NCBI GenBank assembly: GCA_021781705.1
Contig: JAJXWI010000005.1
Span: forward strand, 1,130-65,129
Direction of reading: 5' to 3'
DNA from: a bacterium
GTDB lineage: Bacteria; Verrucomicrobiota; Lentisphaeria; Victivallales; GWF2-38-69
DNA: 64,000 bases
Position numbers and translations under genes: made by a program. Positions 8,294 through 17,666 of the stretch are shown piece by piece. Numbering within the stretch: position 1 is the stretch's first letter; each line of letters begins with the position of its first letter. The notes under the pieces were generated by a model. That model was not told where the DNA came from and did no database searches. It was given only the letters and a program-made list of their open reading frames with translations.

Positions 8294-9652
8294 ATGAAAA
8301 AACTGTTAGGTCATTTACTGTTTTTATTGTCGACATTTACGATGTTATTTACAATATCAAGTGCCAATGCAGTATTAATAAGAGAAGAAATACAACTGGA
8401 AAATGTTTTAAACCAAAAAGATCACACATACGATTGGCAGCTAGAAGGGGGGCGATACGGACATAACAATGAAGCTTCTTTTGTTGAAGCAGTAGCCGCG
8501 GATTTACGCACAGATTCAAGTCTACTATACGAGATTGCTTACAATATGCGCAATATTCAGTTTAAAAAAGCAGCTATCCCCTCATGTCAGCACAAAATTG
8601 TGCCTGACGATTGGCGCATGTGTCTTCACAAAACGCTACCTTATTCCTGGTGTATATGCGCATACGCTCCGCCAATCCTTAGATACACAATTATTTTACT
8701 CCAAGCTAAAAGTATATTAGAAAAATATCCCCCTGAAACGACCCCCCTATTGGTTCACACATCCTTTGCTGAAGAGGGACTCCTGCAAACGTACTGCCTT
8801 GTTCATACCTTGACAAACTTGGGCTACCGTAATATTCATGTAAACGTTATAGGAAATGATATACTGGAAAGCATAGGAAAAAAATTAGGATATACCCTAG
8901 CCCCCGACAAGAAAATGACAGAAAAACAAAAACAAAAAATTAAGAGTGTCATCCAAGCTGAATTCATGAAACTTTTTCACACAGAAGTACAGATATACGA
9001 GTCTGTATATGTTTATATGAATGAAGTCTTGCAGGGAGTAGCCCCGCGCAGTATGAGTTTTGATATGATAGATGGCGGCGGGAATCTACCACCTATAATA
9101 TATTCACGTACAAAACTACCAGTATTATTCCAAGATTCAAGCGGTCAACCATTTAACGAAACAGTATGCGATAAAATAGAAGAATTGGGCACAATATGTG
9201 ATTACGAAAAAGCAGAAATTTTCTGTGGCATTGAAAACAAGGGGGAATCGAGTCCAAAAGCATATGCAGTTTGCGAATTGTCAATCCTTAAAAAAACTTC
9301 AAGTAAATACAATTTACAAAATATGATACGAACTGATAAAGTAGGAAAATTTGAGATTGAAGAAAAGGATGTTACAGAAAAACTGCTTCCAGATCAAGAT
9401 AGAATGATAAATATACTTAGGAAAAAACTACAAAAGCCTGTATGCATATTTGTGCTTTTTAGGCATCACTCTAATGAAGAAATATTTAAAGAATTGATAG
9501 ACAAGACATGTGTAGAGGGCAAAGAGCCTATAGCTTTTGAGTTGAATGGAAATATATATACATATAGACAAGACGGCCCAAAGCCGGTCAGACCAGCAGC
9601 ATCAGCAGCGGCATCAGCAGCAGTAGCGGCACCAGTGGCAGCAGCGATGTAA
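8294..9652 (+). CDS. Secreted protein, tandem paralog 1 of 3 (unknown function)
   Basis: ATG at 8294 gives MKKLLGHLLFLLSTFTMLFTISSANA, as in the two downstream paralogs (the ORF track extension from 8207 is not conserved). Shared blocks: KSILEKYPP, LVHTSFAE.GLLQTYCL, VNVIGN, PRSMSFDMID, PIAFELNG.IYTYRQDG.KPVR. Confidence 0.8.
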   Translation: MKKLLGHLLFLLSTFTMLFTISSANAVLIREEIQLENVLNQKDHTYDWQLEGGRYGHNNEASFVEAVAADLRTDSSLLYEIAYNMRNIQFKKAAIPSCQHKIVPDDWRMCLHKTLPYSWCICAYAPPILRYTIILLQAKSILEKYPPETTPLLVHTSFAEEGLLQTYCLVHTLTNLGYRNIHVNVIGNDILESIGKKLGYTLAPDKKMTEKQKQKIKSVIQAEFMKLFHTEVQIYESVYVYMNEVLQGVAPRSMSFDMIDGGGNLPPIIYSRTKLPVLFQDSSGQPFNETVCDKIEELGTICDYEKAEIFCGIENKGESSPKAYAVCELSILKKTSSKYNLQNMIRTDKVGKFEIEEKDVTEKLLPDQDRMINILRKKLQKPVCIFVLFRHHSNEEIFKELIDKTCVEGKEPIAFELNGNIYTYRQDGPKPVRPAASAAASAAVAAPVAAAM

Positions 9653-9804
9653 GAATGACGCTTCCTTTATATCTGGCAGGATATCTGGACGGAAGCTATT
9701 TCGACGAAGCTATCTGATCAACTGTAAGCAACAATAGCGTTAAGTAAAAAAACGCCAATACCATCTTATAAAGATATTATAAAATTTTTAAAAAAAGGAA
9801 TTCT

Positions 9805-11142
9805 ATGAAAAAATTATTACGTCATTTACTATTTTTATTGTTGGCATTTACGATGTTATTTGCAATATCAAGTGCCAATGCAGTATTAATAAGAGAAGAA
9901 ATAATACAAGCGCAATGTATTAATAACCGCAAAGGTTTAGATTACACATTTGATTGGCTACAGGGAAAATGGGAAAAAGATAAGCATCTTTCTTTTGTTC
10001 AGTCAATGGCAGCAGATTATTTACATATAGACTTAACACAATTACTTATAATAATTGACTATCTAAATGAAATTAAATTCGGGACATTAACCCAATCAGA
10101 ATGGCAACATAAGGTTTTGCCATTTACTTGGTGTCGTTGCAAAAATGCTCTATCGCCCCTTAGATACATGATTATTCTAATGCAAGTTAAATCAATATTA
10201 GAAAAATATCCACCCAAAACAACAAAACAATTAGTCCACACATCGTTTGCGGAACAAGGACTCTTACAAACATACTGCCTAATTTATGTATTGGGAAGGC
10301 TAGGCTATCGCGACATTGTTGTAAATGTTATAGGAAATGAAATAACTCAAAGCGTGGCAGGAAAAATCACTAAAACAGCATCCAGTTCAACTTCTTCTGT
10401 AATGGACATGCAAGAGAAAAATACCAGCACGGCAATTCAAGCCGGTTTTAGCAGCATTACAACCGCAGCCAATTGCAATATAACAATAGCAATATATAAA
10501 TCCGCATACGATTATATAAATGAAGTCCAGCGAGGACAAGTTCCACGCAGTATGAGTTTTGATATGATAGATAGCGGGGTGGGCCTGAAGCAGATAATAT
10601 ATTCGCATCAACCGCTACCAATATTATTCAAAGACCCAATCGGTACAGCTTTTAATCAAAAAGGCCATAGTACACCAGACTCGCTAGGGGCATTAGAGCA
10701 ATACAAACGTGTATCAATTCTTTACAGTACTACGACACAATGCAAAAATGAATGGATTCAGACTGCAAAACGATTAAAAACGTTGTCAATTTGTAAGACA
10801 ACTTCAAGTCAATACAAATTGGAGGATATTATGAGCCTAGACAGTATAGAGCCAGAACAAGATATAGCTGAACAGGATGTAAAAGCTCTAATTCAAGGAC
10901 AACCACTTATGGCGTCTATCCTTAAGGAGACATTAAAAGGACACCCAAACGATGCGTGCGCATTTTTGCTCTTAGAACTCAAAAATAATGTCGAGATATT
11001 CACAGAATTGATAAACGAAACATGCGTAACAGGCGACAGAGATCCTATCGCTTTTGAGCTAAATGGGGAAATATATACATATAGACAAGATGGCTCAAAG
11101 CCGGTTAGGACAACAGCAACATCAGCAGTGGCAGCGATGTAA
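9805..11142 (+). CDS. Secreted protein, tandem paralog 2 of 3 (unknown function)
   Basis: Same signal peptide and conserved blocks as 8294..9652. The upstream intergenic region and RBS (AAAGGAATTCTATG) are duplicated before paralog 3. Confidence 0.85.
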   Translation: MKKLLRHLLFLLLAFTMLFAISSANAVLIREEIIQAQCINNRKGLDYTFDWLQGKWEKDKHLSFVQSMAADYLHIDLTQLLIIIDYLNEIKFGTLTQSEWQHKVLPFTWCRCKNALSPLRYMIILMQVKSILEKYPPKTTKQLVHTSFAEQGLLQTYCLIYVLGRLGYRDIVVNVIGNEITQSVAGKITKTASSSTSSVMDMQEKNTSTAIQAGFSSITTAANCNITIAIYKSAYDYINEVQRGQVPRSMSFDMIDSGVGLKQIIYSHQPLPILFKDPIGTAFNQKGHSTPDSLGALEQYKRVSILYSTTTQCKNEWIQTAKRLKTLSICKTTSSQYKLEDIMSLDSIEPEQDIAEQDVKALIQGQPLMASILKETLKGHPNDACAFLLLELKNNVEIFTELINETCVTGDRDPIAFELNGEIYTYRQDGSKPVRTTATSAVAAM

Positions 11143-11294
11143 GGATGACGCTTCCTTTATATCTGGTAGTATATCCGGACGGAAGCTATTTCGACGAAGC
11201 TATCTTACCAACTGTAAGCAACAATAGCGTTAAGTAAAAAAACGCCAATACCATATTATAAAGATAGTATAAAAATTTTAAAAAAAGGAATTCT

Positions 11295-12629
11295 ATGAAA
11301 AAACTATCACGTCATTCACTGTTTTTATTGTCGGCATTTACGATGTTATTTGCAATATCAAGTGCCAATGCAGTATTAATAAGAGAAGAAATAATACAAG
11401 CGCAATGTATTAATAACCCCACAGGTTTCAATTACACAGAGGATTGGCTAAATGGAAAATTGGAAAAAGATAAGCATCTTTTTTTTGTTAAGTCAATGGC
11501 AACAGATTTAAATATAGACTTAACACAATTACTTACAATAATTGACTATCTAAATGAAATTAAATTCGTGAAATTCATCCCAGAAGAATGCCAACATAAG
11601 GCTTTGCCTTTTACTTGGTGTCGTTGCAAAAGTGCTCTATCGCCCCTTAGACACATGATTATTCTAATGCAAGTTAAATCAATATTAGAAAAATATCCAC
11701 CCGACACAACAAAACAATTAGTCCACACATCGTTTGCTGAACAAGGACTCTTACAAACATACTGCCTCATTTATGTATTGGGAAGGCTAGGTTATCACGA
11801 CATTGTTGTAAATGTTATAGGAAATGAAATAACTCAAAGCGTGGCAGGAAAAATCACTGCAACAGCATTCAGTTCAACTTCTTCTGTAATGGACATGCAA
11901 GAGAAAAATACCAGCACGGCAATTCAAGCCGGTTTTAGCAGCATTACAACCGCAGCCAATTGCAATATAACAATAGCAATATATAAATCCGCATACGATT
12001 ATATAAATGAAGTCCAGCGAGGACAAGTTCCACGCAGTATGAGTTTTGACATGATAGATAGCGGGAGGGGACTGAAGCAGATAATATATTCGCATCAACC
12101 GCTACCAATATTATTCAAAGACAACCAATGTGTGGATTTTGTTGAAAAAGTCCATAGTACACCAGACTCGCTAGGGGCATTAGAGCAATACAAAGAAGTA
12201 ACAATTTATTACAGTATTAAGCCAAAATGCAAAAATGAATGGATTCAGACTGTAGAACGATTCAAAGAGTTGTTAATTTGTAAGACAACTTCAAATAAAT
12301 ACAACTGGTGGAATATTATGAGCCTAGACAATATAGGGTTACAACAAGATATAGCTGAACAGTATGTAAAGGATCTAATTCAAAGACAACCACTTATGGC
12401 GTCTATCCTTAAGAAGAGATTAAGAGGACACCCAAAAGAGGTGTTCGCATTTTTGCTCTTACAACCCAAAAGTAATGTCGAGATATTCACAGAATTGATA
12501 AACGAAACATGCGTAACCGGCGACAGAGATCCTATCGCTTTTGAGCTAAATAAGGAAATATATACATATAGACAAGACGGCTCAAAGCCGGTCAGGACCG
12601 CATCATCATCATCATCATCATCGATGTAA
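11295..12629 (+). CDS. Secreted protein, tandem paralog 3 of 3 (unknown function)
   Basis: Collinear with paralog 2 and includes a ~180-nt identical stretch. Ends in a TASSSSSSSM tail encoded by (TCA)6. Confidence 0.85.
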   Translation: MKKLSRHSLFLLSAFTMLFAISSANAVLIREEIIQAQCINNPTGFNYTEDWLNGKLEKDKHLFFVKSMATDLNIDLTQLLTIIDYLNEIKFVKFIPEECQHKALPFTWCRCKSALSPLRHMIILMQVKSILEKYPPDTTKQLVHTSFAEQGLLQTYCLIYVLGRLGYHDIVVNVIGNEITQSVAGKITATAFSSTSSVMDMQEKNTSTAIQAGFSSITTAANCNITIAIYKSAYDYINEVQRGQVPRSMSFDMIDSGRGLKQIIYSHQPLPILFKDNQCVDFVEKVHSTPDSLGALEQYKEVTIYYSIKPKCKNEWIQTVERFKELLICKTTSNKYNWWNIMSLDNIGLQQDIAEQYVKDLIQRQPLMASILKKRLRGHPKEVFAFLLLQPKSNVEIFTELINETCVTGDRDPIAFELNKEIYTYRQDGSKPVRTASSSSSSSM

Positions 12630-12846
12630 TAATGACGCTTATCTTGCCCCGTGAGAATCAGCATTCATCATGTATCATTTCTTGAATGAAATTATGCACG
12701 ATGTTTGCAATGTTTTACAATTATATTGGTCTGAGCGTACAAAAACACAGCACTTAAATCTCTTGTTGATTGAAAAGGTCGAACCGAAATTTATATTTGT
12801 TTCGGAGTGGTTCTTATGTTAAGAAAATGGCTGATGGGAGATTTTC

Positions 12847-15800
12847 ATGTCTGACAAGTTCGCGCCAATCTCGATGGAATCGCTAACACGCTGGATTTTT
12901 ACAGAGTTTAAAACCAAGGGATCAATATTCGGGATAGACAAAGGTCTGTTTTTTAAGCCATCCAGACATGATAAGTTCAAAGTAAAAGTCTACGGCACGG
13001 AACTCGAAACGCCATTCGGAGCAGCAGCAGGCCCCCACACGCAGATGGCGCAGAATATAATCGCATCATGGCTTTGCGGAGCAAGGTTCATTGAATTAAA
13101 AACCGTTCAAGCTCTCGATGAGATTGAAGTATCCAAACCCTGCATAGACGCGATTGACGCTGGGTACAATGTGGAATGGTCCCAGGAACTAAAAATCAAA
13201 CAATCTTTTGACGAATATGTCAGAGCATGGGTTTTGATACATGCTCTTCACCAAATGTTAGGGTTCCCAGGCAAAACCCCCGGAATTATATTCAATGCAA
13301 GCATCGGCTACGATTATGAAGGCATTCAGAAGGACAACGTTCAATGGTTCCTGAAAAAAATGCTAAATGCCGGCTCGTTAAAAAGGGACTATATTGAGAT
13401 CGTTGCAAAATATTTTCCCGAAGTAAAAAAACTTGATATTCCTTCACAGCTTACGAACAATATCACATTGTCAACAATGCACGGCTGCCCCCCTGATGAA
13501 ATAGGGAAAATAGCTTCTTACCTTATAAATGACTGGGAATTCAACACTAACGTAAAACTCAACCCCACTCTATTGGGAGCAAAAGAGCTAAGACAGATAC
13601 TAAACAATACGCTTGGATACAGGGAAATAACGGTACCTGACGCAGCCTTCGAACACGACCTAAAATACCTTGACGCAGTTAATCTGATAAAGGATCTGCA
13701 AACCAAAGCTGACAAACGAGGGATAGCCTTCGGCGTAAAACTTACAAATACACTTGAGGTCGAAAATCATAGAAACGTTTTTGACAAGAAAGAAAAAATG
13801 ATGTATATGTCAGGCAGGCCGCTGCACGCAATATCAATTAATTTAGCAAAAAAACTTTCCAATGAATTCAATGGACAACTTTTGATGTCATACGCCGGCG
13901 GAGCCGATTGTTTCAACATAGCCGAACTCCTTAGCTGCGGAATGAAAACGATTACCATTTGTACTGACCTGCTCAGGCCGGGCGGGTATACCAGGATGCT
14001 CCAGTATATAGAAAACACAAAGGCTGCCATGAATAGTGTGGGAGCCCTAAGTATTTCAGAGTTCATTTTAAAAACGGCAAAAGGCGCAAGAGCTGTGACA
14101 TCTGAAAAAAGACGGAAACAGAAAGTCAAAACCGCTGCCATCTGTAACTTGAACAAATACGCGGACTATGTTATTTCCGATCCGCTTCTGATGAAAGACA
14201 CTTTTGAAAGAAAGTGTACAAAAACAGCAAGAAAACTTGAATACTTTGACTGCATCAAAGCGCCGTGTGCAGATGAATGCCCAATCAATCAGAAAGCCGC
14301 TCAGTATATAGAATGTGTAAAAAATGGCGAACTTAAGTGCGCTACGGAAGTCATGAATATAGACAATCCGCTTCCCGCCATTCTTGGACGCGCCTGTAAT
14401 CATCAATGCGAATTGGTCTGTACCAGAACTCACTACGATGAACCAATTGCAATAAGAGAAATCAAACGTTATATCACGGATAAAAAAGAGGCTATTAAAT
14501 ATGATGTTGGAAAATGCAAAAAAACGAAGGTTGCAGTGATAGGTGCAGGTCCCTGCGGGCTGGCTGTCGGCTATTTTCTTGCTAAAAAAGGGTTCCCCGT
14601 GACATTGTTTGAAGAAAAAGATGCGCCAGCGGGAATGGTTTATCAGACTATCCCGGAATACAGAGCCGCTCAAAAATCAATTGATCAGGATGTAGCAGTA
14701 ATAAAGAAGCTTGGTGTAAATATTAAATGTAACAAAAAGGCTGGAAAGGATTTCTCAATTAAGAGCCTAAAGAAGGAGGGCTATAAATATATCGTAATAG
14801 CTTCCGGAGCACAGCAGGGGCTTAGTTTGGGAATACCTGGAGAAAATAGTTTTGGAGTTATTGACGGCTTGAGCTTCTTAAGGGCTAGCAGGAAAGATGA
14901 AAAAATTAATCTTGGCGCCTCTGTCGGGATAATCGGTGCAGGTAATGTAGCTATGGACTGCGCAAGGACGGCAAATCGTTTGACAGGCGGGAAGGTTTCT
15001 GTGATTTACAGGAGAACAATTGAGGAGATGCCGGCGTACAAGGAAGAGCTTGATGCTTTGCTAATGGAAGGCATCGAAATTATAGAACTTACCGCGCCAA
15101 AGGAAGTCATTGCGAAAAAAGGCAGCATAAGGGAATTAAAGTGCTCAAAAATGGTGCTCGGAGAAAGAGATGAGGCGGGAAGGAGAAAACCTGTGGAAAT
15201 TCCAAATTCCGAATTTGAAATTCAGCTCGACAATCTGATTATAGCTGTCGGGCAAAAACCTATTTTCGACTTCTTCGGCGATGAAAAGATTACACTGAAC
15301 AAAAAAGGCTACATTGAAATAGATAGTAAAACAATGTTAACTTCAGCAGAAGGGATTTTAGCCGGAGGCGACGCTGTGGAAAACGGTCCGGTTACAATTG
15401 TCAAGGCCTGCGGAGACGGCAAGAAAATAGCTGCAAGCATTGTCGCTTACGAGGAAGAATTAACACTCCCAATAGAAGGACCTGAGAACATAAAGTGCAG
15501 TTACAGAGCATTGATGAAAAAGCGTGCAAGAAGAGAGTTCAGAGTCGAAATTTCGGAACTTGGCGTAAATCAAAGAAACTCATTCAATGAAATAATATCC
15601 ACGCTGTCAGATAAGGCTGCTAAAACAGAAGCCAACAGGTGTCTGCAATGCCACAAGCTCTGCAGCACCTGCATGACAGTCTGTCCTAACAGAGCAATAT
15701 TCACATATAAGGTCAAACCTGAGAAATTAACACTGCCTGTTTTTAGAGTATCTAAAGGTTTGCTTAAAAAGACTGGAGTAGAGGAAATCGAATTGGGCCA

Positions 15801-16206
15801 GAACTACCAGACTGCCGTGTTTACACCATTTTGCAATGAATGCGGCACATGCTCTACATTCTGTCCTACAGCCGGCAAACCATATCAAGACAAGCCAAGA
15901 TTCTATGCTAACAAGAAAGAATTCGATTGCGAAGCGAACAATGCATTCATTTTCAGTAAAGACATGAATACTATCAAGGCAAAATTCAATCGAGAAGAAC
16001 ATAAACTAAGCGTAAACAAAAATAGCATTGAATATTCAAATAAATACTTTTCACTGAAGTTGGATAAAAAACTTAATGTCAAAAGATCAGAAGCCAATAA
16101 ACACGAAAGCAAAGAAGGCGAATACTCATTGAAGAAATTTGCTATGATGTACTTATTAATGAAAGGTATAAAAAAATCCATACAGGGATTTTCAACAATT
16201 GGGTGA
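12847..16206 (+). CDS. ygfK: YgfK-like multidomain oxidoreductase (DHOD/DPD-like TIM barrel + GltD-like FAD/NAD(P) domain + 2x[4Fe-4S] ferredoxin)
   Basis: Central region GRACNHQCELVC...KVAVIGAGPCGLAVGYFLAKKG (GltD-like dinucleotide fold), with a second GAGNVAMDCA. The C-terminus has CLQCHKLCSTCMTVCPNRA and CNECGTCSTFCP. The architecture, the length and the adjacent ssnA match the E. coli ygfK-ssnA arrangement. Confidence 0.78.
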   Translation: MSDKFAPISMESLTRWIFTEFKTKGSIFGIDKGLFFKPSRHDKFKVKVYGTELETPFGAAAGPHTQMAQNIIASWLCGARFIELKTVQALDEIEVSKPCIDAIDAGYNVEWSQELKIKQSFDEYVRAWVLIHALHQMLGFPGKTPGIIFNASIGYDYEGIQKDNVQWFLKKMLNAGSLKRDYIEIVAKYFPEVKKLDIPSQLTNNITLSTMHGCPPDEIGKIASYLINDWEFNTNVKLNPTLLGAKELRQILNNTLGYREITVPDAAFEHDLKYLDAVNLIKDLQTKADKRGIAFGVKLTNTLEVENHRNVFDKKEKMMYMSGRPLHAISINLAKKLSNEFNGQLLMSYAGGADCFNIAELLSCGMKTITICTDLLRPGGYTRMLQYIENTKAAMNSVGALSISEFILKTAKGARAVTSEKRRKQKVKTAAICNLNKYADYVISDPLLMKDTFERKCTKTARKLEYFDCIKAPCADECPINQKAAQYIECVKNGELKCATEVMNIDNPLPAILGRACNHQCELVCTRTHYDEPIAIREIKRYITDKKEAIKYDVGKCKKTKVAVIGAGPCGLAVGYFLAKKGFPVTLFEEKDAPAGMVYQTIPEYRAAQKSIDQDVAVIKKLGVNIKCNKKAGKDFSIKSLKKEGYKYIVIASGAQQGLSLGIPGENSFGVIDGLSFLRASRKDEKINLGASVGIIGAGNVAMDCARTANRLTGGKVSVIYRRTIEEMPAYKEELDALLMEGIEIIELTAPKEVIAKKGSIRELKCSKMVLGERDEAGRRKPVEIPNSEFEIQLDNLIIAVGQKPIFDFFGDEKITLNKKGYIEIDSKTMLTSAEGILAGGDAVENGPVTIVKACGDGKKIAASIVAYEEELTLPIEGPENIKCSYRALMKKRARREFRVEISELGVNQRNSFNEIISTLSDKAAKTEANRCLQCHKLCSTCMTVCPNRAIFTYKVKPEKLTLPVFRVSKGLLKKTGVEEIELGQNYQTAVFTPFCNECGTCSTFCPTAGKPYQDKPRFYANKKEFDCEANNAFIFSKDMNTIKAKFNREEHKLSVNKNSIEYSNKYFSLKLDKKLNVKRSEANKHESKEGEYSLKKFAMMYLLMKGIKKSIQGFSTIG

Positions 16207-16209
16207 TAT

Positions 16210-16230
16210 TTGGTGGTTGGTGGTTGATTT
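16210..16230 (+). repeat. Heptamer tandem repeat TTGGTGG x2 plus a degenerate third unit
   Basis: ttggtgg ttggtgg ttgattt, beginning 4 nt after the ygfK stop and ending at the GGAG RBS of ssnA. Confidence 0.8.
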
Positions 16231-16244
16231 GGAGAAATATAAAA

Positions 16245-17591
16245 ATGAAAAATAAATCATTGCTCATAAAAAACGGCACCATAATTACTCTTGGCGAAAC
16301 GAATCAAATTATTCAAGACGGTGCGCTCCTTATTGAAGGAAACATAATTAAAAAAATCGGGAAAAGTTCTGGCTTCAAAGATATTGAGAAGTCCACGGAA
16401 GTAATTGATGCGAAAGACAAACTCATCATGCCAGGCTTTATCAATACTCATATGCATTTTTATTCCACATTCGCAAGAGGGATAATGCCGAAACAGCCAG
16501 CCGCTGAAAATTTCGTAGAAATACTGGAAAAACTCTGGTGGCCTCTAGATGAAATATTGAACGAAAAAGATATTTACTACAGCACAATAGTTCAGGTAAT
16601 TAACGGCATAAAGAAAGGAACCACCACCTTTTTTGATCACCATGAAAGCCAAGGCGTACAACAAGGCATTATGGATGTTATAGAAGAGTCGGTAAGAGAA
16701 ATTGGCGCGAGGGCTAGCCTCTCTCTCGGTATTTCTGACAGGTATGGAAAAGGCAAAGAAGGAATTAAGGAAAATATACGATTCATCGAGAAGATCAATA
16801 GGCACAAAAAGATTACAAAAGACGAAATCGTTACTGCGATGTTCGGACTCCATGCTCTCTTTACGGTTAATGAGGCAAGCTTAAACGAGTCTGTTGACGC
16901 CAGAAAATCTCTCGGCGTAGGATTTCATGTACACATTGCCGAAGACCTTTCGGATGAAATCATAAGCAAGGATAAATATGGAAAGAGTGTTATCAAACGC
17001 CTATACGACGCAGGAGGACTAGGGGAAAATACCATTGCAGTGCATTGTGTACACCTTGACGACGAAGAAATGTACATTCTTGCTTCTACTAACACAGCAG
17101 TTATTCATAACCCCCAGTCAAACATGAATAATGCAGTAGGAGTTGCAAATGTACTAAAAATGTTAGGCAAGAAAATAACCGTAGGGCTGGGCACCGATGG
17201 AATGAGTCCTGGAATGCAGGACGACGTAAGAGTCGCAAATATATTGCATAAACATAATTGCAAAGACCCGCGCGTATTTTTCTGTGAAAGCTGTCAGCTG
17301 CTGTTGGAAAACAATGCAAAAATAGCGAACAGATTTTTTGGGAAAAAACTCGGAGAGCTCAAAGAAGGCGCTTACGCCGACATTATTCTTGTTGACTATC
17401 TGGCGCCCACCCCGCTTAATGAAACTACATTTTTTGGACATTTTCTCTTTGGCATATGCGAAGTTCAGGTAAATACCACTATCGTAAACGGCAAAGTCTT
17501 AATGAAAGATGGCAAGCTGATTCATATTGATGAAGAAAAGGTCTTTGCAGAGAGCCGGAAACAGGCTGAAGACTTCTGGAAAAGATTTTAG
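16245..17591 (+). CDS. ssnA: SsnA-like amidohydrolase (metal-dependent aminohydrolase superfamily)
   Basis: PGFINTHMHFYS (HxH metal motif) and later HVHIAED and HCVH. Sits next to ygfK as in E. coli. I prefer ATG 16245 (GGAG 9 nt upstream) over the GTG at 16203 used by the ORF track. Confidence 0.75.
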   Translation: MKNKSLLIKNGTIITLGETNQIIQDGALLIEGNIIKKIGKSSGFKDIEKSTEVIDAKDKLIMPGFINTHMHFYSTFARGIMPKQPAAENFVEILEKLWWPLDEILNEKDIYYSTIVQVINGIKKGTTTFFDHHESQGVQQGIMDVIEESVREIGARASLSLGISDRYGKGKEGIKENIRFIEKINRHKKITKDEIVTAMFGLHALFTVNEASLNESVDARKSLGVGFHVHIAEDLSDEIISKDKYGKSVIKRLYDAGGLGENTIAVHCVHLDDEEMYILASTNTAVIHNPQSNMNNAVGVANVLKMLGKKITVGLGTDGMSPGMQDDVRVANILHKHNCKDPRVFFCESCQLLLENNAKIANRFFGKKLGELKEGAYADIILVDYLAPTPLNETTFFGHFLFGICEVQVNTTIVNGKVLMKDGKLIHIDEEKVFAESRKQAEDFWKRF

Positions 17592-17666
17592 GGATAACAC
17601 ATACAGTGTGCAAAATGTAAGACATCTAACATATGTTTATATATTCTTAATATAAGGAGTTTTAAT

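Noticed and set aside
12380-12664. 94-aa minus-strand ORF with a poly-Asp run
   Set aside because: It is the antisense reading of the (TCA)6 tract and the conserved C-terminus of paralog 3, so it is an artefact of the trinucleotide repeat.
13518-14673. Long minus-strand ORFs (65, 129 and 201 aa) inside the ygfK region
   Set aside because: They lie entirely antisense to a 1119-aa ORF with clear flavoprotein and Fe-S motifs. They have no motifs or RBS and look like shadow ORFs in AT-rich DNA.
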